58,821 nucleotides of DNA from Chiloscyllium plagiosum. Lineage: Eukaryota. The notes under the pieces were generated by a model, which was not told where the DNA came from, did no database searches, and worked only from the letters and a program-made list of their open reading frames with translations. Position numbers and translations under genes: made by a program. Position 1 is the first letter of the stretch. Each line of letters starts with the position of its first letter. Positions 1-10,150 of this stretch are shown in pieces. The stretch is taken from positions 18,338,154-18,396,974 of the forward strand of contig NC_057748.1 of the NCBI RefSeq assembly GCF_004010195.1, in the 5' to 3' direction.

Positions 1-739
1 AGTGGGTGCATAAGGGAGAAAGGAGTAAAAGGATATGCTGATAGAAGGAGATAATATAATAAAAGTTAGTTAGTACCTTGGTATAAGTGTGCTGGGCAGA
101 CTAGACTACACTACAAATGTAACATAGGTGTGTCAGTTAAAGACTGTGAATGACCAACTGCATATGTTTTTAAACAGGCCAAATGGGTATCGTTAAAGAC
201 TGCATTCACCGCAAAATGTTCACTCTTAGGCTACATCTAAATTGAGAAACTCCAAGGGAATATTTAAATATTTTTAGGGCAGTAAATTTCAAGCTATTTT
301 GCAAATGACAACCTCAACTGTGGCGCAAATGCAACGAATCAGATCATGAGAACTGCCTTTTGAGATTGCAACCATTGGCAGCACCACAGCCCAGGTAGCA
401 ACCAGCTTTACCCTGCTCTTCTCTAGTACTCTCTCTGGTCAATAGATGCTTCACTTCTATCACTATGAAAACTAGAGAGCGAAAGCCTCAATATTCACTA
501 ACTGTCATACAATAGGTTTCTTGCCTGTGCAGAAGCACTCCAACTTACAATGCCTGGTCCTGTCAACTATGCCCCCAATGCTGAACCATGGCATGACTGA
601 GTCAACCGAGACACTGTAGAACAATCTGGGATCCAACATCAGACCCTAAAGACTAGAACCTATATTTCTCCTGCTTCTTGGCCAAGATCCCAGATGCAAG
701 AGCTGAACTGGCTCATATGAAGTCATGTTTTAAAAAATT

Positions 740-1375
740 AATTCATTGAATGCAGGCACCACTTTTTAGGCGAGGATTATTGTCCATCCCTAACTGCCCA
801 CAAGGTGTGTCAGCCACATTGGTGTGGCTCTGATGTCACATGGAGGTCAGACCAGGTAAGGGCAGCAGTTTCTTTCCCTAAAGCACATTAGTGAACCTGA
901 TGGGTTTATCCAACAATTGGCTATGATTTCATTCCCTACAGTGAGGAAAGAGGCCACGCGGCCCAGTAAGTCTGCAAAGACAAAGTGCATCCCACCCAGA
1001 TCCAATCCCTCCCAATCTAAACCATAACCCTGCATTTCCCATGGCTAATCCACCTACTGCACATTCCTGGATAATGAGCAATTTAGCACAGCCAATCCAG
1101 CTAACCTGCACATCCAGGAAGAAACCAGAGCACCCAGACGAAACCCACACAGACACGAGGAGAACGTGCAAACTCCACACAGACAATCACCAGAGAGTGG
1201 AATCAAACCCAGGTCTTGGCGTAGTGAAGCAGCAGTGCTAACTTGTGTTGCCCATTTTCGACTCTTAACTCCAATTCTTTAAATTATTTAATTGAATTTC
1301 CACAATCGGTCATGGCAGGATTTTAGCTCAAACCACTGGAACATTAGGAACAATACCACTTGGCTATTCTCTCCA
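740..1375 (-). mobile_element. tRNA-head SINE ('family X') interrupted by an HE1-type SINE (~940-1255)
   Basis: Same sequence blocks as the copies at 29130-29465 and 32395-32580 (…ccaggtaagg…ccctaaag…attagtgaac…). The inserted part carries the HE1 core (gaaacccac-cagacacg-ggagaa-gtgcaaactccacacagac). Confidence 0.7.
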
Positions 1376-2197
1376 GGTACACAAAATAACATTTATCCAA
1401 GTTTTTAAAAAAATTAACATTTATGTATGTGATGTATTGTCTTGATCTATAATACAATTGTTAATTCTATATATTCATTGCCAAAATGCTATTTGTCTTT
1501 CCCCTAAATAATTTGAGGTAAGTGTAAACATTCGTGAACGAGAATGTCTGTAACTATCAAATGTATGCAAAATCATGGGCTACAACCCTTCATGACAAGT
1601 TAGCTTTTGAATGTAATTGCACCCTTTCAAAATTTTTTTATCAGGAGCTTGCTGTGCAGGGATGGAGTCAATTATTTTTCAAACTCATTAAAAAGTTTTA
1701 ATAAAAGCTGTAATTAAAGTTAGTTCTCTGAGATAATGAAATCCTCAGTTGAGGACTCTAAACATTTCACGTTTTTTTCGCCACAGACTAGTAGACCTGC
1801 TGAATTTTCCCAGCAATTTATAATTTTCGTTTACAAAGTAATTCTGATTTTTATTGTTCAAGCATATCAAAAATGAACACGCGTATGTGAGCGTAAAATG
1901 AATTGCTGGCATCTGGGCAAGTTAAAATGGGGCCGTTCGGGAAGATACCATCAGGAGCTCATAGTGACAAATCCACACCCGCTCTTCTGGACATCTGCCC
2001 TCCTCGAGAGGCATGTGTAGCCAGCGGCCTAAAAGAAACATCTACGTGAGAGAGCCCTAATGACAAAGCAGCAAGCGAGCAGGGTCTTGTGCCTCTCCGG
2101 GTGGGGCAGGGAGCACGAATTTTCAAACAACACGTGTTTCAATACTCTGTCTGCTCTGTTAATAGCGGTATGGATCCCGCATCCCAGCAAACTGTAC

Positions 2198-2272
2198 CTT
2201 TTTAACCTCAAAGCGCTTCTTCCCGCCACTATTGGTAGAACTCGGCGCATCCACATCCATCGCAGTCGCCAT
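2198..2272 (-). CDS. RBX1: RBX1 (RING-box protein 1) coding exon 1; remaining exons not found, presumably left of the window
   Basis: Reverse strand reads ATG GCG ACT GCG ATG GAT GTG GAT... = [25 protein letters not shown], then phase-0 donor AAG|gtacag. Matches the vertebrate RBX1 N-terminus (human [26 protein letters not shown]) and the expected position downstream of XPNPEP3. Confidence 0.96.
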
Positions 2273-2910
2273 TTTGTCTGCCTTCAACCGGCGGCTGCAC
2301 GTTGCCAACCAATCAGGCATAGGCGTTTTTGCGCATGTACGTTTGTGGTGTGCGACGCATTCTTGTTAACGCCCCGCCCACTGAGAGTCACTAGGGCCAT
2401 GACCATAACATGCTTAACCCCGCCTCCGCCGATGTGGAGGATGCAGGATTCCACTAAGCTCCGCCCCACCCGTCAAATCGCTCCGCGCGCACACCTCTAC
2501 CGTCACGAAGCCCCGCCCCTTCACTGAACATTTAAGTGACAGGGCCACGCCCACTATGCCGTGTCTCGCTCCTCCTCCTGTGGCCGTCACCCCATCAAAT
2601 CCCACCCCTTCACCGTCAATACCCAAACCACACACTGACACACGACCCACCGGCATCACAGAGCCCCGCCCCTTCCTCATCGCAAGTTCCCCTTTCCTCT
2701 GTGAAGCCCCACCTCTCCATCTCGTCACATAACTCCGCCTCCAATCGTATCCCCACCCGGGCGAGACACGCCTCCGGCACAATGTCCACTTTCGGCCGTG
2801 ACCGTCAGCCCCAGCATAAGGTCCCGCCCTTAACCCGGCACAGCGGCACCTGCAGGCTGGGCGCTGCTGCTATTTCTTCCCCAACCTGGGACGTAATGGC
2901 CGCCATTATT
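2273..2910. promoter_or_regulatory. CpG-rich RBX1 promoter/upstream region
   Basis: CpG-dense island with CCAAT (~2309), NRF1-like TGCGCATG (~2330), many CCGCCC GC boxes, CGTCA half-CRE motifs and YY1-like AATGGCG motifs at the RBX1 ATG and at 2894-2908. Confidence 0.8.
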
Positions 2911-3289
2911 AGACATCATTTCCCTATCATTCTCCATCCCCCCCAATCATTCAGGAAATAAAATCTTATGTTTTAATTCTGTTGAATTCAATTATGATTG
3001 GAGTTGGCGTCAGGTGTGTTTGATGGAATACAAAAATTCTAAGGTGTTTGAAAAATACAAATAACAAAAACAAAGATTATGCAAAGAAACTGGCAGCTTG
3101 AATGCAAAATTCTTCTAAAAACATATGAATGCTGAAAGGGTGATAGAACAGTAAGCAAGGAGACCAGAAAGGGAATACGTGCAGGCTAGGTGGAGATATG
3201 AAATTATCACTTCAAAACTTTTCACAATGCTGAAGATATTAATCACATTTTAGTAAGACTAACCATATGTTTTAGAGGCTGTAATAGGG

Positions 3290-3700
3290 CACCTGGAGCC
3301 AGCACTGCTGATCTGATTTCTATCAGTATGCACATTGGAAGACATCAACAGCATGCCAGAACTACAAGAGAGTCAGGAGGTAGAGATGAGTGTAGTTGCT
3401 ATCAGTAAGAGCGTGCTAGTTCAGCTGATAGGTCTGAAGGTTGATAAATCACCTGGATCAAATGGACTACACTTGAGGGTCTGGAGGAGATAGCTGAAGA
3501 GATTGTGGAGGCATTGGAAAATCGTTCAGGAGTTACTGGAGTCAGATGAATGAAAAAAAAGGCTGATATAAGACCCCTGTTTAAGAAAGAGGGTAGAAGA
3601 TGGGACATTATAGGCTGGTTAGCCTAACCTGTCATTGATAAGATTTTATAGTCCATTAATAAGGAAATAAGGTAAGAGCTCATGTGAGGGGCAAGGTATT
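3290..3700 (+). mobile_element. Degenerate CR1 LINE fragment
   Basis: gataaatcacctgga…ctggaggagatagctgaagagattgtggaggcattg…cccctgtttaagaaa = KSPG.D…LKE.AEEIVEAL…PLFKK motifs of CR1 ORF2. Confidence 0.7.
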
Positions 3701-4481
3701 GGTGTATTCAAAAAGAACGGGTACCCAATGAACACAGTCTGCCAATTTCTGAGTAACAAACCCAAACAAGCAGACAAACGCATCCAGAAACCCTAGCCAC
3801 TCTCCCCTACATCAAAGACATCTCAGAAATGACTACTCAGACCCCTTGGCATCATGGTAGCCCACAAACCCACCAACACACTAAAACAACAGCTAATGAA
3901 CTTGAAAGACCCTATACAGACAACAAGCAAAGCTAATGTCATTTACAAAACACCTTGTAAGAACTGTAACAAACACTACATTGGACAAACAGGCAGAAAG
4001 CTAGCCACAAAAAGACATGACCCACTCTCACTAGTATCTTTACATAAAGATGAGGAAGGACACCACTTCAACTGGGACAATAAATCCATCCAGGACAAGC
4101 CAAACAGAGACATGCATAAGAATGCCTAGAAGCATGGCATTCTAACTAGAACTCTATCAGCACACATGTTGACTTGGATCCCATTTACCACCCCCGGAGA
4201 AAAAGAACCAGAAATGATTTCACCACAGGAAATGTTCGAGGAGAAAGTGAGGTCTGCAGATGCTGGAGATCAAAGTTTAAACTTTATTGCTGGAACAGCA
4301 CAGCAGGTCAGCCAGGGAACAGGAGATTCGACGTTTTGGGCACAGGCCCTTCTTCAGGAATGAGCAGAGAGTGTTCAGCAGGAGAAGATAAAAGGTAGGG
4401 AGGAGGGACTTGGAGGAGGGGCGTTGGAAATGTGATAGGTGGAAAGAGGTCAAGGTGAGGGTGATAGGAAGGAGTAGGATG

Positions 4482-4586
4482 ACTATCCGTGATCCCAGTC
4501 TGGTTCACTGTGATCCTGACCTAATTAAATGTGATCCCAGTCTGCTTCACCGTGATCCTGACCTAACTATCCGTGATCCCAGTCTG
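4482..4586. repeat. 42-bp (2x21) tandem repeat running into an assembly gap
   Basis: ctatccgtgatcccagtctg(g/c)ttcac(t/c)gtgatcctgacctaa, about 2.5 copies. Confidence 0.85.
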
Positions 4587-4871
4587 NNNNNNNNNNNNNN
4601 NNNNNNNNNNNNNNNNNNNNNNNNNNNNNNNNNNNNNNNNNNNNNNNNNNNNNNNNNNNNNNNNNNNNNNNNNNNNNNNNNNNNNNNNNNNNNNNNNNNN
4701 NNNNNNNNNNNNNNNNNNNNNNNNNNNNNNNNNNNNNNNNNNNNNNNNNNNNNNNNNNNNNNNNNNNNNNNNNNNNNNNNNNNNNNNNNNNNNNNNNNNN
4801 NNNNNNNNNNNNNNNNNNNNNNNNNNNNNNNNNNNNNNNNNNNNNNNNNNNNNNNNNNNNNNNNNNNNNNN
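4587..4871. other. Assembly gap
   Basis: Run of N. Confidence 1.
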
Positions 4872-5186
4872 GTGAGGTCCAAGTTCATCCCCTGTGGTTG
4901 GAGTGTTCCCAGTCGGAAGATAAGACGCTCCTCCTCCGACCGTGGCGTTGTTGTGGTTTGGCGGTGGATGAGTCCAATGACCTGCATATCCTCGGTGGAG
5001 TGGGAGGGGGAGTTGAAATGCTGTGCTACAGGGTGGTTGGGTTGGTTCGTCCGGGTGGCCCAAAGGTGCTCTCTGAATCGCTCCGCAAGTAGGCGGCGAA
5101 ACCACAGGAAATGACATCACCAACTCAAGGAAACCCAAACATATAAATAGAAAGCAGGCTACACCACCAGTGCTTCATTCGGAGGC

Positions 5187-5226
5187 TCACTGAAGATGTT
5201 ACCTAGTATGGTGATGAAATGTCTGA
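5187..5226 (+). ncRNA. Minimal hammerhead ribozyme motif (PLE family A terminus), decayed
   Basis: tca-CTGAAGA-t-GTTACC(tagtat)GGTGAT-GAAA-TG-TC-tga: different stem II sequence, same architecture, short tca/tga stem I. Confidence 0.6.
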
Positions 5227-5269
5227 AAATGAACTTTGCAGCTCAGTGAGCAAACCTAGATCCATTACA

Positions 5270-7990
5270 GAAACATGTTTAAGGGAGGGACAGGACTGGC
5301 AGCTTAATGTGCCAGGGTACAGGTGCTTTAGGCAGGATAAAGGTGGTAGAAGGAGGGGAGAGGGAAGTTGCATTTTTGATTAAAGTGAGTATCACAGGTG
5401 TAATCAGATGAAATAACTTAAGGACCATCCAGTAAGACTTTGTGGATGGAGCTAAGAGGTAAAAAGGGGATGGTGATGTTATTGGGGTTGTACTATAGGC
5501 CCCCAAATAGTCAATAGGAATTAGAGGAACAAATATGCAGGGAGACTGGGAGGCTTATAGGAGCAATAGGGTTGTCATAGTAGGGGATTTTAATTTTCCT
5601 AACAGACTGGGACTGCCAGAGTGTTAAGGACTTAGATGGAATGGAATTTGTTAAGTGCGTTCAGGAAAGTTTCCTCACGCAGTATATAAAGGGTCCTACT
5701 CGGGAAAGGGCAAAGCTTGACCCACTCTTAGGAAATAGGGCAGAACAGGTGACAGAGGTGACAGTGGGAGAGCACTTTGGGACCAGTGACCATTGTTCCA
5801 TTAATTTTGAAATAATTATGTAGAGGGACAAAACTGGTCCACGGGTTCAAATTCTAAATTAGGGCAGGGCCAAATATGATGGAATTAGACAGGAGCTTGC
5901 AGAGGCTGATTGGAATAGGTTGTTTGCAGACAAAGGGACCTCTGGCAAGTAGGCGGCCTTTAAAAGTGAGATAGGTAGAGTTCAAGGTCCATATGTTCTG
6001 TGAGAGTGAAAGGCAAGGTTGGCAGAAATAGGGAACCCTGAATGACAAGATATATTGAGGCTTTGACCAGAAAAAGGAGGTCTGGCTGAGATCAAGGGAA
6101 TACCTGGAGGTACACAGGGAATACAAGAGTTTACTGATGAAAGAAATCAGGAGGGTGAAAGGAGGCACAAGATAGCCTTGGCTTAGGAGATTAGAGTGAA
6201 TCCAAAAAGATTCTTTAAGTATATTAAAGGAAAAAGAATAATTATAGACAGAATAGGCACCCTCAAGGACCAAAGTGGATATGTATGTGTAGACCTACAG
6301 GAGATGGGTTAGGTTCTCAATGAATATTTCTCCTCTGTGTTTACCATGGAGAAAGACACAAAGACTTGGGAACTTGGGCAAGTTAATAGTGATATCTTGG
6401 GCACAGTTCATATCACAGTAGAGGAAGTGTTGGTTGTATTAGAATGTATGAAAGTGGATAAATCTCCTGGACCTGACCAGATATATCCAAGAACAGTGAA
6501 AGAGACTAGAGAAAACATTGGGGGGCCCTGCCTGATATTTTTACATCATCGTTAGCCACGGTTGAGATCCCAGAAGACTGGAGGGTAGCAAATGTTGTGC
6601 CCTTATTGAAGAAAGGCTGCAAAGAATTATAGACCTTAACTTAACATCCATAGTGGGTCAGTTACTTGAGAAGATTCTGAGGGATAAGATGTACATGCAT
6701 TTGGAAAGACAGGGTTTGATTAGTAGTAGTCAGCATGGCTTTGTGAGTGGGAGATCAGGCCTCACAAATTTGTTAAGAGTTCTTTGATGAAGTGACTAGA
6801 AGGGTTGATGAGGGCAGGGGGTAGACATAGTTTAAACGGATTTCAGTAAGCATTTGATAAGGTTCCACATGGTACGCTGCTCTGAGATTGCATGGAATCC
6901 AGGGCGAGCTAGCAAAATTGATACACAATTGGCTTGATGGTAGGAAGCAGTGGGTAATAGTGGAAGGATGCTTGTTCAACTCGAGGCCGGTGACTAATGG
7001 AGTGCATCATGGGTCGGTGCTGGGCCCATTACTGTTTGTTACCTACATCAATGATTTGGATGAGAAAGTACAAAGCATGATTAGTAAGTTTGCTGATGAC
7101 ACTAAAACAGGCGATATTGTGAACAGTGAGGAAGGCTATCAGAAATTGCTGCAGGACCTTGATCAGCTGGGGAAGTGGGCCGAGAAATGGCAAATGGAGT
7201 TTAATATAGATAAGTGTGAGGACTTGCATTTTGGAAAATCAAATCAAGGTATCAGTTTCATGCTGAATGGTAGGGCCTTAAGGAGTGTAGTGGAACAGAG
7301 GGATCTTGGAGTTCAGGTTTACAGTTCTCTGAAAGTGGAGTCACAAATAGACAGGGCAGTGAAGAAGGCTTTTGGCACACTGGCCTTCTCCAGTCAGGGC
7401 ACTGAGTAAAGAAGTTGGGAAGTTATGTTGCAGTTATGCAAGACATTGGTGAGGCCGCACTTGGAGTGTTGTGTTCAATTTTGGTCACTTGTTATTAAAC
7501 TGGAAAGAGTGCAGAAGAAATTTACAAGGATATTGCCTGGACTCAATGGTCTGAATTGTAGGGAGAGGTTGGACAAGCCAGGACTTTTTCTTTAAAATGT
7601 AGGAGACTGAGGGGGACCTTATAGAATGGATAAGATCATGAGAGGTATGGCCAGGGTGAATGTTCTCAATCTTTTTCCCAGGGTTGCGGAATCGAGAACT
7701 AGAGGGCATCAGTTTAAAGTCAGAGAGGAAAGAATGAAAGGGAACCTGAGGGGCAACGTTTTTTACACAGAGGGTAATACGCATATGGAATGAGATGCCA
7801 GTAGAAGTAGTTGAGGTGGGTACATTAATATCATTTAAAAGGCATTTGGACAAATACCGGGATAGGAAAGGTTTAGAAGGCTAGGGGCCAAATGCAGGGA
7901 AATGGAGTTAGCATAGATGGACATTTTGGTCAGCATGGATCAGTTTGGGCAAAAGAACCTGTCTCCATGCTGTAGGACTCTTTGACTCTA
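5270..7990 (+). mobile_element. CR1/HER1-type LINE, 5'-truncated (endonuclease, RT and 3' tail), disabled
   Basis: Fragments: WQLNVPGYRC, GDFNFP, GEHFGTSDH, KSPGPDQIYPR, GVHHGSVLGPLLF, SKFADDTK. 3' tail ggtcagcatgga…ctgtctccatgctgtaggactctttgactcta. Many stops and frameshifts. Confidence 0.93.
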
Positions 7991-8154
7991 ATTGTATATC
8001 ACTATATTGCCACGGGTAGGGTATAACGTAAGGGTGGGATAGGCCATATTTACCATGGTGATAGATGGGATGTTGTATGTAAGGTATGATCAAGCAAGTA
8101 CAACTATATCAGGGTACTACTGGACTAGTCTGTGAGTCAACCCTACCTATTTTG

Positions 8155-8361
8155 GCTGAAAATGTGTTGCTGGAAAAGCGCAGCAGGTCAGGCAGCATCC
8201 AGGGAACAGGAGAATCGACGTTTCGGGCATAAGCCCTTCTTCAGGGCTTATGCCCGAAACGTCGATTCTCCTGTTCCCTGGATGCTGCCTGACCTGCTGC
8301 GCTTTTCCAGCAACACATTTTCAGCTCTGATCTCCAGCATCTGCAGACCTCACTTTCTCCT
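8155..8361. mobile_element. Fold-back Penelope-terminus element with 15-bp TSD
   Basis: Perfect 83-bp inverted repeat (8155-8237 / 8243-8325), 5-nt loop, then a ~35-nt tail. Flanked by CCTACCTATTTTGGC (8142-8156 / 8359-8373). Confidence 0.92.
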
Positions 8362-8914
8362 ACCTATTTTGGCACAAGGTTAAAGATGTTAGTAAGGAGG
8401 GCTTTGCAGGATGAACTGTACTGGGTGCATTATCATTTCCTCTGCTTAAGTTAATGCCAGTGATCTGACCAGTTTCATTCCTTGTCTTTTCTAGTTGGCT
8501 TGTTAGGCCATTTCGGTGTCGGCCATATTGCTGTGGGTTTGGAGTCTTGTATAAACTGGACCAGGTGGGGGTGGCAGTTTTTAATTCCAGATTTATTATT
8601 TGAACTTAAATTCTACTAGCTGCTCTGCTATGATAGAATTTGAATAATGTCACTGGCCCTCTGGATTACTAAACCAGTGACATTATGCCATTGCTTTCCT
8701 TTAAATACATATTAAGCCTGAGAGAGTGAGCAGAATCCAGGGAGGGGAAAATGGTGAAGAGGTAAGGTTCTATAGCCCATTGATTATGATGGAATAACCC
8801 ATTGGTCAAAAGGTCATAGAAATCCATTCAGTTCAAGGGCAGTCGTAGATGGGCAACAAATATAGGCTTTGCCAGCAATGCCATATCACATGAAACAAAA
8901 ACCTGTTCCTTTAG

Positions 8915-10150
8915 AACTGATGGTAACTGGGGAACAATTATATGTGCTAAAGAAGGGGTGAGAGGAGGAGAAAGGACAAAACAATAGATGATGGAGCCCA
9001 GAGAGAAAAACAGTGGGCAGATAAAGGAATGGGAGACTGGTTGGCTGCTGATGGGAGTGGTAGCAGCCCATGTGATGATAAAATCTGGTGTGCGGGGGTT
9101 AGGGTAAACACATAGAAGGCGCTCAAGCCCGGAAAATGAGGTGTTGTTATTTCCAGCTCCTGCTTAACTTTGCTGGAGCCCTGCAGCAAGCCTGAGACAA
9201 AGATGGTGGCCAGGAAACGCAATAGTGTGTTGAAACGGCAGGGAACCGGAAGCTCAGGGTCACTCTTGCAAACACAACGTTCTGCAAAGTGGTTGCCCAG
9301 TCTGTACTTCATCTCCCAGGAGACCTCACCGTGAGCAGCAAATATAGTAGAGAAGATCTAAGTGAAGTGCGGACAAATTGCTGCTTCACTTGGGAAGTGC
9401 GTCTAGGACTGTGGATAGTGAGGAGGGAGGAAATATAGACAGGTGTTATAACTTGTGTGATTGCAAAGGAACGTGCCATTGGGGTGTGGGGAATGGAGGA
9501 GTAGACCTGGAGGGAATGGTTTCTGCAGAAGGGTGATGATAGGGACGGGGAAATATGTGTCTAGTGGTGACATCGTGCTGGAGGTGGTGGAAATGGTGGT
9601 CAGTGTTCCTTTGGATGTGGATGCTAATGGACGGTAGGTGAGGAGGAAGGGGAATCCTATCATTGTTGTGGGAGGGAAGAAAGGGGTGAGGGCTGAAGTG
9701 CGGAAGATGGGTCAGATGCAACTGAGGATCCTGTCAACCACAGAGGTGGGGAATCTTTAGTTGAGGAAGAAGGTAGACATTTTGGAGGCCCTTGTCGAAA
9801 CTGGCATCATTGGAACAGATGCAACAGAGATGTAAGAACTGGGAGAATGGAAAGAGCTTTTCCAGGAAGCAGGCTATGAGGATGTGTAGTCAAGGAAATT
9901 GTGGGAGTTGTTGGGTTTGTCATCGATATTGGTGGCGAGCCTTTCCCTAGAAATGGAAACAGAGATGTCATGGAAGGGAAGGGAGGAATCAGAGATGGAC
10001 CAGGTGAAGGTGAGAACAGGGTGGAAATAGGAAGCGAAATAGAATTCCAAACAAGGGAGAAAAGTCATTGATGTACCAGAGAAAAAGTTGAAGGTGGAGA
10101 CCGGAGTAGGACAGGAACAAGGAATGTTCCATGTACCCCAACAAGGGGCA
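8915..10150 (-). mobile_element. Old Penelope-like element fragment (RT C-terminus and GIY-YIG)
   Basis: Minus-strand FTWSISDSSLPFHDISVSISRERLATNIDDKPNNSHNFLDYTSS and KYRLGNHFAE… are characteristic of PLE ORFs. Confidence 0.85.

Larger units (their letters stand above)
4239..5100 (-). mobile_element. Penelope-like element family B, 5'-truncated, nested in family A (contains a gap)
   Basis: Minus strand encodes …HFNSPSHSTEDMQVIGLIHRQ…RSEEERLIFRLGTLQPQGMN (PLE GIY-YIG C-terminus) and ends in the aggagaaagtgagg…gatgctggagatc terminus. Flanked by the TSD. Confidence 0.85.
3705..5265 (+). mobile_element. Penelope-like element family A, 3' part (GIY-YIG plus terminus), split by a nested family-B insertion
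   Basis: ORF 3854-4129 contains NVIYKTPCKNCNKHYIGQTGRKL (GIY-YIG). The element resumes at 5114 after the 13-bp duplication ACCACAGGAAATG (4222-4234 / 5101-5113). Hammerhead-like motif at 5187-5226. Confidence 0.85.

Noticed and set aside
2060-2961. ORFs of 120-155 aa over the RBX1 CpG island
   Set aside because: No recognisable homology; stop-codon depletion in GC-rich promoter DNA explains them.
4410-5138. ORFs spanning N runs (also 25304-25940 and 56940-57692)
   Set aside because: Artefacts of translating through assembly gaps.
8155-8361. DNA-transposon MITE or conserved pre-miRNA
   Set aside because: The arms are the same sequence found at the ends of GIY-YIG-encoding PLE copies, and TSD lengths vary, so it is retroelement-derived.
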